NCBI GenBank assembly: GCA_045631405.1
Contig: JAZQUT010000090.1
Location: forward strand, 5,896 to 69,895
Length of the DNA stretch: 64,000 nt
From: Acutalibacteraceae bacterium
GTDB lineage: Bacteria > Bacillota > Clostridia > Oscillospirales > Acutalibacteraceae
Direction: 5' to 3'
A program made the position numbers and the translations under genes. Positions 7,828 to 16,504 of this stretch are shown here, piece after piece. The notes beneath the pieces are model-generated. The model was given only the letters and a program-made list of their open reading frames with translations, was not told the DNA's origin and made no database searches. How positions within the stretch are numbered: the first letter of the stretch is position 1; each line of letters starts with the position of its first letter.

Positions 7828-9387
7828 TTATGGTTTAATTTCAATTGTATACTTACCTTTACTTCTTCCCGAACCAGTAGTAATTGTAAACTCAGGAATT
7901 TCATTTCTCCTCATATTGCCACTTTCATAAATAAAGTCTGCATGATATGGAGCTAAAAACCAGTGTTTACCAAGGAAGATACTTTCAGCTAACGCCTTAT
8001 TATCTTTGATTATATTTTTGATTTTAATTTGGGCATTTCTTCTAACATCGTCCCAAAAAGTAATAGTATCAAAATTTGAAATAGGTATCCCCATTTTATT
8101 CTTTACCTTAGTATAGAATTCTTCTTCAGTATTACCTAAATCATTAATAATCTTTTTATTTTTGTGTCTTTCTGAATCGGTACTATATATCAACAAAGCT
8201 GTTAACCAAAAGTCGACATCATCAACCATAGAAAAAGCTTGTACAAAAGAATTTCTAGTTAATTTTAAATATGTAAAATTCTTCGAAGCCTTCATTTTAA
8301 TAGAAATACCAGTTCCTGCCTGTATACTATAATCAAAATCTATAATATCTTTTTCTTCCAAAATATACTCTTTTGTTAACAAGAAGTTTTTTTCTAATTT
8401 AGCTTTAATTACATATGCGTCACTTTTGGTTTTCACTTTCTTTTGGCTCAATGTGGAATACTGATTTGATGAAACCTTTACTATATAATAATCAGAAAAA
8501 TCTTTTACATCTGGCAAAAGAACTTTCCACATAGGATTATCTTTATTTTTATTCATTATTTGACTTAACTCAAACTCTTGCAAATCTCCAAAAAACGTTG
8601 TTGTTATTTCAGCATGAGTTTTCATTAATTTGTCAAAATCCTCCACCATTGCTCCATATTTAAACTGGATTTCACCACGTTTATACTCTGTATTTCCCAT
8701 AGACGAAATATTCCAGGCTTGAATTGTAAGATTACCACAACTAAGACATGCTCTCCCCGAATATGGTAACCCTAATTGGTATGAAATAATCTCCTCCTTT
8801 GAAATCCATCTACCTTGTCTATAGGTACCATGATAAACAAAATCTACAACACTGTTATATTTCCCCATAAACAACGCTCTGTTAAGTAACGCTTCCTTAT
8901 TATCGTTTATAAAACGCTGTAATATTGTTCGTTCTTCAGGATATTTAGCTTTGAATTCTGCTGACGAGAATCTACACGCAATTTTTCCGTCTTTATCTTT
9001 TATAATCGGGGCTGTACCATCTGTAGTTCCGTCAGCCCATATAAACAAACGCCACAGATTACACACTTCCTCAGAGGCACCACAGTGTTTTTTTATAAAT
9101 TCAACAAACTCCTCTATTTTTTCTTGATGACACGAGTTACCTGTCCCCATTTTGAGGCTAACACCAAATCGCACTCCGTGTATGAAAATATATAGATCTT
9201 GTTTAAGTTTATTGTTAGTTTCATATTTCGCAATTACTATTGTATCATCATCCAGCTTTATTTTCTTAGTAGCGCAAATATATTTTACAAACTCTTTCAT
9301 AGTTAAGTTTAGTTCTTTATATTTTTTACCATTAAGATACTCAACCATTTCTAATTCATTACTATTACCGTGCGCATTACTTGCCAT
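7828..9387 (-). CDS. Putative Type II restriction endonuclease: two tandem MspI/HinP1I-like PD-(D/E)XK modules in one 519-aa chain
   Basis: Convergent with the MTase genes. N module: D64-X12-S77-L-K79 and ...GEIQFKYG. C module: D350/D352...S362-I-K364 and ...YTIEIKP. From memory, MspI has TD..NIK and a C-terminal MQFKG, and HinP1I has SD..QVK and LQFK. I prefer the ATG at 9387 (MASNAHG...) over the ORF-track start at 9438. Confidence 0.6.
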   Translation of the reverse strand: MASNAHGNSNELEMVEYLNGKKYKELNLTMKEFVKYICATKKIKLDDDTIVIAKYETNNKLKQDLYIFIHGVRFGVSLKMGTGNSCHQEKIEEFVEFIKKHCGASEEVCNLWRLFIWADGTTDGTAPIIKDKDGKIACRFSSAEFKAKYPEERTILQRFINDNKEALLNRALFMGKYNSVVDFVYHGTYRQGRWISKEEIISYQLGLPYSGRACLSCGNLTIQAWNISSMGNTEYKRGEIQFKYGAMVEDFDKLMKTHAEITTTFFGDLQEFELSQIMNKNKDNPMWKVLLPDVKDFSDYYIVKVSSNQYSTLSQKKVKTKSDAYVIKAKLEKNFLLTKEYILEEKDIIDFDYSIQAGTGISIKMKASKNFTYLKLTRNSFVQAFSMVDDVDFWLTALLIYSTDSERHKNKKIINDLGNTEEEFYTKVKNKMGIPISNFDTITFWDDVRRNAQIKIKNIIKDNKALAESIFLGKHWFLAPYHADFIYESGNMRRNEIPEFTITTGSGRSKGKYTIEIKP

Positions 9388-9422
9388 AAAACTCACCCTT
9401 TTTATAATGTTTCTATGGTAAA

Positions 9423-9451
9423 AGTTTAACAGCAGCAATATTTTTTGTCAA
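9423..9451 (-). promoter_or_regulatory. Candidate promoter of the endonuclease gene
   Basis: On the minus strand: TTGACA (9451-9446), a 17-nt spacer, then TAAACT (9428-9423). It lies about 35 nt upstream of the ATG at 9387. Confidence 0.4.
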
Positions 9452-9505
9452 CAGATAATAAAGCTAACGCACTAAGCTACAAAAACCACTGGACACGATT
9501 TTTAT

Positions 9506-9646
9506 TTAGAAATCGTCGCTATCTGAATCATCAGATTCTTCTTTCGTTAATTGGTCGAGAAACATGAATTCGAGGCCTTGTTCGAGGGCGTCGAGATTGC
9601 CGTCGTTATTGAAATCGAACATAGCGCCGAAGATACCATTTGCCAT
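9506..9646 (-). CDS. Small acidic protein (46 aa) with one canonical EF-hand loop
   Basis: My own translation gives MANGIFGAMFDFNNDGNLDALEQGLEFMFLDQLTKEESDDSDSDDF. DFNNDGNLDALE fits the 12-residue EF-hand loop D-x-N-x-D-G-x-L-D-x-x-E. AAGGAG lies 7 nt upstream of the ATG. An extended -10 (TGaTATAAT) sits on the minus strand at 9693-9685. Confidence 0.45.
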   Translation of the reverse strand: MANGIFGAMFDFNNDGNLDALEQGLEFMFLDQLTKEESDDSDSDDF

Positions 9647-9980
9647 AGTTATTCTCCTTAACTGTATTTTCATTTTACACCTTTATTATATCATATGTTT
9701 TAGACCATTAATGGTACTTTATGATGCAAAAAGACCTGTTGAGGAAAAATTTTCTCATCAGGTCGGTTCGGCTTATCTTTGAATATTGCGTATTGATTTT
9801 TGGGTTGGATTAATGTGTCTTTTTTTATTTTTTTCTTATCAAAAACCATCCATCTGACATCTTAAATCTGCATTTTTGGAAGCTTGTCTGAGGATTTTTT
9901 GCTAGAATTTTACAAAAATTTTATGGAAACCTCTGTAAGGGGTCTCTTTTGGCTGAATAATTTCCCAAACCAACATTTTC

Positions 9981-10478
9981 TTGTTATTTTGTTGTATAAA
10001 TCGCGATTTTTGCGTCCACAGGGACCATTTAGTTTCCGAGGTAGGTACGGAAGAGCTGGGCCATCTTGAAATGATAGGTGCGATTGTTTATCAGCTTACG
10101 CGCAATCTTAGTCTTGAAGAGATTAAGAAGAGTGGTTTTGACACATATTTTGTTGACCACACAACAGGCATTTATCCCACAGCGGCAAGTGGTTTCCCTT
10201 GGACGGCTGCAAGTATGCAGTCTAAGGGCGATGTAATCACAGATTTACACGAAGACCTTGCTGCAGAGCAAAAGGCACGCACCACCTACGACAACATTCT
10301 CCGTCTTGTTGATGACCCCGATGTCCGTGACCCCATCAAATTCCTCCGTGAACGCGAAATCGTACACTATCAGCGTTTTGGCGAAGGCTTGCGCCTTGCT
10401 ACTGATAAGATGGATTCCAAAAACTTCTATGCAATTAACCCGGCCTTTGACATGAAGAAAAGTAACAAGAGAAGATAA
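9981..10478 (+). pseudogene. 5'-truncated manganese catalase / spore-coat CotJC family gene
   Basis: From ...SEVGTEELGHLEMIGAIVYQLT onward the ORF matches the CotJC pattern I remember (DIGTEEFAHLEMIATMVYKLT ... DLYEDIAAEEKAR ... FLREREIVH). The roughly 70 N-terminal residues, including the first metal-ligand helix, are missing. The upstream frames show no similarity. Confidence 0.6.
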
Positions 10479-10486
10479 ATTTAAAA

Positions 10487-10525
10487 GACCTATGAAGCCG
10501 TTTTTTGCTTCATAGGTCCTGTTTT
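10487..10525 (+). terminator. Rho-independent terminator
   Basis: GACCTATGAAGC (10487-10498) pairs with GCTTCATAGGTC (10507-10518), followed by a T-rich tract. Confidence 0.7.
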
Positions 10526-10716
10526 ATTCATTTATTTGCACTCAGTCACCACTCATAACAGCCGCCAAAATTTGAAAACACTGCTTTACACACAAATCAA
10601 AACTCCATTCATAAATAAAATATACGCTTACAGGCACATTATTTTTCATTCAACTTTAAACATCATTATATCTGTAATCTTATCCATTTAACTTGCACCT
10701 TTAAATCATATCAGAA

Positions 10717-11082
10717 TTATAAAGTTTCAATCTCAGTATCGTAATACTGCTCCTGAAAATGGATTGCTGCTGCAATTTCTTCTTTTGTGAATCGCGTTCC
10801 CACAGGTGCACCCACAAGCTTATCCTCAACATCATTATGTCTATGAGCTATTGCAATAATCTCACAGTCATATTTTTTCACCGGCCCATTGACGCCTAGG
10901 AGATAAACATCAAGCTCCTCACCGTCGCCACCAATAACATCAGGTATATAGCCATAGTTTATAGGATATGTAATAGCATAGGTTTCCTTTCTGTGAATAT
11001 ATCCCATAGGTCTGTCAATGCCTATAGCTACCCTTTTACCAAGATACGATTTAACTTGTGCTTTTCTTTCTTCAAACGTCAT
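10717..11082 (-). CDS. Short inorganic pyrophosphatase-like protein (family I PPase fold)
   Basis: GGDGEELDVYLLG resembles the DGDPLDVLVL motif of family I PPases. I prefer the start at the ATG at 11082 (MTFEERK..., RBS GGGTGG). Confidence 0.5.
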   Translation of the reverse strand: MTFEERKAQVKSYLGKRVAIGIDRPMGYIHRKETYAITYPINYGYIPDVIGGDGEELDVYLLGVNGPVKKYDCEIIAIAHRHNDVEDKLVGAPVGTRFTKEEIAAAIHFQEQYYDTEIETL

Positions 11083-11102
11083 AAAAACCACCCGTTCAGA
11101 AT

Positions 11103-11453
11103 TTATAAAACCGAACTCCATTCCTTTTCTTTAAATCCAACAAGCACAAAATCATCGCCGATTAGCAATGGTCTTTTAACAAGCATTCCGTCCGTGGCAA
11201 GAAGCTTTAACATTTCCTCCTCGGTCATTGTAGGAAGCTTGTCTTTAAGCTCCATTGACTTATACAGAAGTCCACTTGTGTTAAAGAATTTCTTTAATGG
11301 TAAGCCACTTTTCTTATACCATTGTTCAAGCTCCTTAAATGTTGGATTATCAAGCTTGATATCTCTTAACTCATATTCAATATTGTTATCATCAAGCCAC
11401 TTTTTTGCTTTCTGACAAGTGGTGCATTTTGGGTAACAAATAAAATTCAACAT
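11103..11453 (-). CDS. ArsC/Spx/YffB-family thioredoxin-fold protein
   Basis: N-terminal YPKCTTCQKAKKWL and C-terminal LVKRPLLI are typical of the ArsC family. The protein is 116 aa. Confidence 0.8.
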   Translation of the reverse strand: MLNFICYPKCTTCQKAKKWLDDNNIEYELRDIKLDNPTFKELEQWYKKSGLPLKKFFNTSGLLYKSMELKDKLPTMTEEEMLKLLATDGMLVKRPLLIGDDFVLVGFKEKEWSSVL

Positions 11454-11503
11454 AATAATTCTCCAAGAAAATATTTTTAGTCCTTTGTCGTTCTAATTAT
11501 ACA

Positions 11504-12763
11504 TCAAATATTAATTAGCTCTCTGATTTCTTCTGCTTTAACATCATTAAGGCTACATTTCTTTAAAATAGCAATATATGCCGCAGCACCTGCTGCCTCG
11601 CCTATTCCCACGCAAATTGGCATTACTCTGAAATTTGAATGTGCAATATGTGTACCCGAAATATTTCTTCCGCAAAGCAGAAGGTTTTCTTTAATTTCAG
11701 GAATAAGACAGCCATAAGGAATTGTATACCCTTTTTCCTGTTTAAAATGCTTTTGCACCCCTGTTTTGTCAAGACCTGCACCCGTAATATTATGCACATC
11801 AAAATTGAAGTAAGCATCTTTTACAACATAATCCTCAAAGACTTTCGCTTCGAGAATATCCTGCTCATTCAAGGTGTATTTACCCTTGAAATGTCTTGTT
11901 TCACGAATGCCCATAAGAGATGCGGAGCTGATAACAAAACATTTTTCGTAACCGGAAACAAATTTACGCAGATATTTAACTATGTCATCCATCTGTCTGC
12001 GACATGTAAGAGTTGCTTTTGTTAAATCCTCTGCATTTGTTCCGTCGATGTCAATAGCATTTGTCATATTGCATGTCACAACACCGGGAAGCGTTGATTT
12101 ATAGGTAAGAATATGCCCTGCAGGATATGGAATATGTTCTTTTGCAAGAGCCTGAAGTTCACCGTTTGGTGTTTCATAGGTTGATTCAAACGATCCTAAA
12201 AATATTGCCCTGTCATAGTCAACGCCACCAACCTTGAACATAAGAGTTGCAGGCTGCATTTTGTTATCGCTTTCTCTGCCAAGAACAAATTCTGCACCTG
12301 CTCTTGCAGCAATATCGCCGTCACCGGTGGCATCAATTGTAATTTTGGCATATATATATGCTCTACCTGATTTGTTAACGACAGATGCACCGAGGACTTT
12401 ATCTCCATCGCATATTGCATCCTCGGCGAAGGTATAAAGCATAACCTTGCACCCAACCTCACAAAGCATTTCAAGATAAAGTGTTTTAAGCTTTTCGGGA
12501 TCAATAAAGCTGGTGATTTCATTTTTAAATTCGCCCTCATTATTCTCTGAGCTTCTTTTTAAAATTTCGTAGTATAACGGACTACCACAGCTTCCGGTCC
12601 AATGGCTCATAAGACCCGATGTAGAAATTCCACCAATATCGCCACTCTGCTCAACAAGAATAACCTTAGCGCCATTTTTGGCAGCTGTATATGCCGCTGC
12701 GAATCCCGATGGTCCGCTTCCGAGAACAAGAACATCAGTAAGCAATTCAAACTTTTCTATCAT
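11504..12763 (-). CDS. FAD-dependent oxidoreductase
   Basis: Dinucleotide-binding motif DVLVLGSGPSGFAAAYTAAKNGAKVILVEQSGDIGG at the N-terminus. Confidence 0.8.
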   Translation of the reverse strand: MIEKFELLTDVLVLGSGPSGFAAAYTAAKNGAKVILVEQSGDIGGISTSGLMSHWTGSCGSPLYYEILKRSSENNEGEFKNEITSFIDPEKLKTLYLEMLCEVGCKVMLYTFAEDAICDGDKVLGASVVNKSGRAYIYAKITIDATGDGDIAARAGAEFVLGRESDNKMQPATLMFKVGGVDYDRAIFLGSFESTYETPNGELQALAKEHIPYPAGHILTYKSTLPGVVTCNMTNAIDIDGTNAEDLTKATLTCRRQMDDIVKYLRKFVSGYEKCFVISSASLMGIRETRHFKGKYTLNEQDILEAKVFEDYVVKDAYFNFDVHNITGAGLDKTGVQKHFKQEKGYTIPYGCLIPEIKENLLLCGRNISGTHIAHSNFRVMPICVGIGEAAGAAAYIAILKKCSLNDVKAEEIRELINI

Positions 12764-12794
12764 ATCTACTACCTAAACTGTAAATTGGAATTTA

Positions 12795-15449
12795 TCAGTT
12801 TATTCTTCCTATTTCATCAAGTGCAATATTCAGAAAATCGGGAATAGATTTTCTGAGGTTTGCAATATCTTTGATATCGTAGTTTCCTGAATTGATATCA
12901 ACAAAAATTTCTTCTGTTTTATTAAGAGAATATACTTCATTATTGGATATATCACTGAATCTTCGTGCAGAAGTGTATATATCTCCGATTTCACTGTATT
13001 TATTGAAAATCAGATTGCCTTTTATTGTGCACGCAGGGTTGGGGATGTATGCAGCAGAATCGGATTCAGAAATATCATCTGTCATAGTCTTGTATTCAGG
13101 GAATGCATTCTGCCAGATTTTGCTCTGCCACGGTGAAGCGTAGAGGGCATCCCACATATCACCACTTCCGATATAGGCATGAGTAAACCAGCCGTTGTTG
13201 AGCGCTCCGTCTCTTGCTCTTTCATCGAAGTAAATTGCGTTTTCGCCTGAATTTACAATTATATTGTTTTCGACAACATTATCTCTACCACCACCGATAT
13301 GAATTGAATTTCTCGGAATGTTGATAAGAAGATTGCCGTAAATCTGCTGACCTGAAAGAGCGTCGTCAAGATAGATACCGTCAGGCTTATGCTCGCCTGA
13401 GCCCACATTATAAATGCAGTTATATCTTATGATATTGCCGTACCATACCCAGCTTCTGCCCGAGTAAATGGCGCCTGCATCATCTGAAAGTAAGCATACA
13501 TCGTGAATGTTATTGTACTCAATAATATGGTTATTTCCTTTATAAGTGATTGCTTCGTGGGGAGCATTTACCATTTCGTTGTGGGAACAAATATTACCCA
13601 CGCCCAAGAGAGTTACGGCAGGCTGATATGTCTGATAAATCTCTGACCAATCATGGATATAGTTATTATCCGCTTTGCTGTTACCGGGTGTAAGTGTTTT
13701 TGTATCACCGCCATCAAGGATAATCCCGCCCTTGCCTGTATGGGTGATTTCGTTGTTATATGCAAGGTTGTTACTGCCGTTCATAACAAGTGCATTACCT
13801 GCTACATTTTTGATAAGGCAATTCTGCATAGTGTTATTATTGCCCGTAATAACAACGGCATCTGACCTTGTACCCTTTACAGTTATTCCGTCAATGGTGA
13901 GATAATCCGCATTTGCATTGATTACCGGATTCAACGACAATGAAAGGTCAATTTGCGCATTTTCCATATTTTCGGGTTTCCAAAGGCAAAGCAAGCCGTT
14001 TTCACGGTCAAGGTACCATTCGCCATTCGTTGTAAGCTCCTCAAGAACATTGAAGAAATAGTAAGGTGCATCAGTCTTTGTACCGTAAAGGCTAACGAAT
14101 TTGGGAGAAATCTCCCCTGTTTCTTTATCAAAGCTTCCTATGGGTGAAGAAGCATCTGCCCAGTCATATTTCCAAAAGCCGAACATCCACACATCGTCAA
14201 GTGATTTCCAGCCTGCAATTCTTCCTGCAAGTTCGGAATTAACTCTGTAAACATCGGATTCGGGGTTGCGGATTTTATCCCAATCCTTAACCTCGGTAAG
14301 TGAACCGTCGGATTCTCTGCCGAGACCCGTTGAAACAACTTCTTCTGTGAGAAGGTAATCTTCGTCGGGGTATCTTGCCAGAGCTTGTCTTTTGTCATTC
14401 ACAAAAAGTTCGCAGTAAAGCTCGCCCGTATAATCTCCGTCATAGCTTTTAGCAGTATGATAAGAACCGATTGCATATATTTTACCCCAATCATCTTTGG
14501 TGAGAGAATAAGGATCTTTTGTCAAATCTGCAACTACAACACTTTCCTGTGCTTCATGTGAAAGTCTTTCTGATATTTGAGGGTATTCCTGTGCGGATTT
14601 AAAATCGTTGTGTGAAAGAGTTACTCCGCCATTTATTATAACTTCGCCATTATATGAGCAATATGTTATAGGGCAATCCTTAGTGCCTGAATCCTCTTTT
14701 GTAAATTTGAGAGAAGAAACACGGTATTCCCCTGCTTCAATGCAAACGGTTATACCTTTTTTCCCCGTTTTATCGGTATTTCTTACCGCTTCAACAGCTT
14801 TTTCGATTGTAAGAAAAGGTGAAGCCTTTGTTCCGGGGTTACTGTCGCTCCCCTTTGTGCTTACATAAAAATCGCCTTGAATCATTTTATCATCATCTTT
14901 CGTATTTGTATATGTTGAAAGAGTGGGTGTAGGTGCTTTGTATCCGCTATAAATTTCATCCATTGCAAAAGGTACTATGTATGAATAACTGCCGATTACA
15001 AATCCCGCAAGAACAAGAAGTGAAAGAATTGCTTTCAAAAGCTTTTTATTAAACATTTTGAAAACGCAAAGAAAAACAAGAACTGTTGTGATAATAAATG
15101 ATAAGTAAACAGGAAAAATCAATGCTATCTGGTTCAGCTCGCCATTACCGATAATGCCGTTTATCAAAAGCATAGCTCCTACAAGAACAACCGCAAAAGT
15201 AACCGCAGTAATAACAGCATTCATAACTGTTTTCTTTTTGCCTGCGTTTCGGCTGAGGGGTATCGAAAGTAATGCCCCGCCCAAACAAACTACCACTGCA
15301 AGAATAAACTGAAGCGCAGTATATTCATAACAGAGATATTGCATATGGAAATAATACAAACCAACAATTGTTAATGCAATGCCTGAAAAAAAACATATAA
15401 TATCGGAAACTATTTTCTTTTGAAATAACTTCTTCATAAATTTAATCAT
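12795..15449 (-). CDS. Membrane-anchored right-handed parallel beta-helix protein (pectate-lyase-fold carbohydrate-active enzyme candidate)
   Basis: About 5 N-terminal TM segments are followed by SDSNPGTKASPFLTIEKAVEAV. Repeated beta-helix coils follow, for example NNNTMQNCLIKNVAGNALVMNGSNNLAYNNEITHTGKGGIILDGG. Confidence 0.65.
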   Translation of the reverse strand: MIKFMKKLFQKKIVSDIICFFSGIALTIVGLYYFHMQYLCYEYTALQFILAVVVCLGGALLSIPLSRNAGKKKTVMNAVITAVTFAVVLVGAMLLINGIIGNGELNQIALIFPVYLSFIITTVLVFLCVFKMFNKKLLKAILSLLVLAGFVIGSYSYIVPFAMDEIYSGYKAPTPTLSTYTNTKDDDKMIQGDFYVSTKGSDSNPGTKASPFLTIEKAVEAVRNTDKTGKKGITVCIEAGEYRVSSLKFTKEDSGTKDCPITYCSYNGEVIINGGVTLSHNDFKSAQEYPQISERLSHEAQESVVVADLTKDPYSLTKDDWGKIYAIGSYHTAKSYDGDYTGELYCELFVNDKRQALARYPDEDYLLTEEVVSTGLGRESDGSLTEVKDWDKIRNPESDVYRVNSELAGRIAGWKSLDDVWMFGFWKYDWADASSPIGSFDKETGEISPKFVSLYGTKTDAPYYFFNVLEELTTNGEWYLDRENGLLCLWKPENMENAQIDLSLSLNPVINANADYLTIDGITVKGTRSDAVVITGNNNTMQNCLIKNVAGNALVMNGSNNLAYNNEITHTGKGGIILDGGDTKTLTPGNSKADNNYIHDWSEIYQTYQPAVTLLGVGNICSHNEMVNAPHEAITYKGNNHIIEYNNIHDVCLLSDDAGAIYSGRSWVWYGNIIRYNCIYNVGSGEHKPDGIYLDDALSGQQIYGNLLINIPRNSIHIGGGRDNVVENNIIVNSGENAIYFDERARDGALNNGWFTHAYIGSGDMWDALYASPWQSKIWQNAFPEYKTMTDDISESDSAAYIPNPACTIKGNLIFNKYSEIGDIYTSARRFSDISNNEVYSLNKTEEIFVDINSGNYDIKDIANLRKSIPDFLNIALDEIGRIN

Positions 15450-15550
15450 CTCCGCAAATTCTTATTTACTTAGCTCATCATATCACAAAAAAGACAATAA
15501 AACAATAAATAACTATGGTGATTTTCGTTGTTGTTTTTCATTTTTGTAAG

Positions 15551-15559
15551 TGATATAAT
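15551..15559 (+). promoter_or_regulatory. Extended -10 promoter element upstream of the GRE operon
   Basis: TGaTATAAT at 15551-15559, about 25 nt upstream of the ATG at 15584. Confidence 0.4.
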
Positions 15560-15583
15560 CAAACAAGAAAGTTGGTGAGCATT

Positions 15584-16483
15584 ATGGAAACGGGAATTGT
15601 ATTCAATATACAAAAATTTTGCATACACGATGGGGATGGTATTCGTACTTGTGTTTTCCTGAAAGGTTGTCCTCTCAGGTGTGTATGGTGCCATAATCCT
15701 GAAAGTCTTGATAAAAAGCCAATGCTTTCCTTCAACAAGCAAAAATGCTCATCTTGTGGCAGGTGTCTTGCAGAATGCTCTGCACGAACAATTAAAAACG
15801 GTACTCTTGAAGTCAACCGAAGTAATTGCATAAATTGTGGCAAATGTTTAAACACTTGTCTCAACGACGCTAACGAAATAATCGGCAAGGAAATGACCAC
15901 CGATGAGGTCCTCGAAGAAATATTAAAGGATAAAATGTTCTATGACACCTCAGGTGGTGGTCTTACCATTTCAGGTGGCGAACCATCATATCAGTCTGAT
16001 TTCACATTGGAGCTTCTCGCTCTTGCAAAAGGAAACGGAATTTCTATTGCCATTGAAACCTGTGGCATTGGTTCTCGCGATTTCTACGAAAAGGCTGCAG
16101 ACCTCGGCACAACTTTCCTTTATGATATAAAATGCCTTGACCCTGTTCGTCATAAAGAGCTTACGGGCGCAGACAATGCTCATATTCTCGCAAATCTTAA
16201 GCATCTTATGGACAGAGGTGCAGATGTTATTATAAGACTGCCCCTTATCCCCAAATGCAACGATAGTGACGAGGATATAGCGAAGCTTTCTGCATTTCTT
16301 AAGGACTACAAGGACAGATACAGATATGCAGAGATTATGCCTTATCACTCACTTGGTACAGCCAAGGCTGAAAAGCTTGGAACAGCCAACAGCTACATTC
16401 ACGATAATGCAACAGATAAGGAAATATCGCATTGGATTTCAATTTTCAATTCACACGACATAGATATTAAAATATCTGAATAA
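15584..16483 (+). CDS. Glycyl-radical enzyme activating protein (radical SAM)
   Basis: CPLRCVWCHN (CX3CX2C) plus two ferredoxin-like clusters, CSSCGRCLAEC and CINCGKCLNTC. It lies directly upstream of a GRE. I prefer the ATG at 15584 (RBS GGTGAG). Confidence 0.9.
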   Translation: METGIVFNIQKFCIHDGDGIRTCVFLKGCPLRCVWCHNPESLDKKPMLSFNKQKCSSCGRCLAECSARTIKNGTLEVNRSNCINCGKCLNTCLNDANEIIGKEMTTDEVLEEILKDKMFYDTSGGGLTISGGEPSYQSDFTLELLALAKGNGISIAIETCGIGSRDFYEKAADLGTTFLYDIKCLDPVRHKELTGADNAHILANLKHLMDRGADVIIRLPLIPKCNDSDEDIAKLSAFLKDYKDRYRYAEIMPYHSLGTAKAEKLGTANSYIHDNATDKEISHWISIFNSHDIDIKISE

Positions 16484-16504
16484 AACATTTATATAGGTGT
16501 ATTT

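Noticed and set aside
9564-9782. Plus-strand 72-aa ORF, together with the 9884-10069 plus-strand 61-aa ORF.
   Set aside because: 9564-9782 is antisense to the RBS- and promoter-equipped EF-hand micro-ORF. 9884-10069 has no motif and no RBS, and lies in the degenerate region upstream of the truncated CotJC gene.
4188-9980. Calling the R-M island a mobile element.
   Set aside because: The compositional shift and the truncated flanking gene suggest horizontal acquisition. However, by eye I found no integrase, transposase, terminal inverted repeats or flanking direct repeats, so I do not annotate a mobile_element feature.
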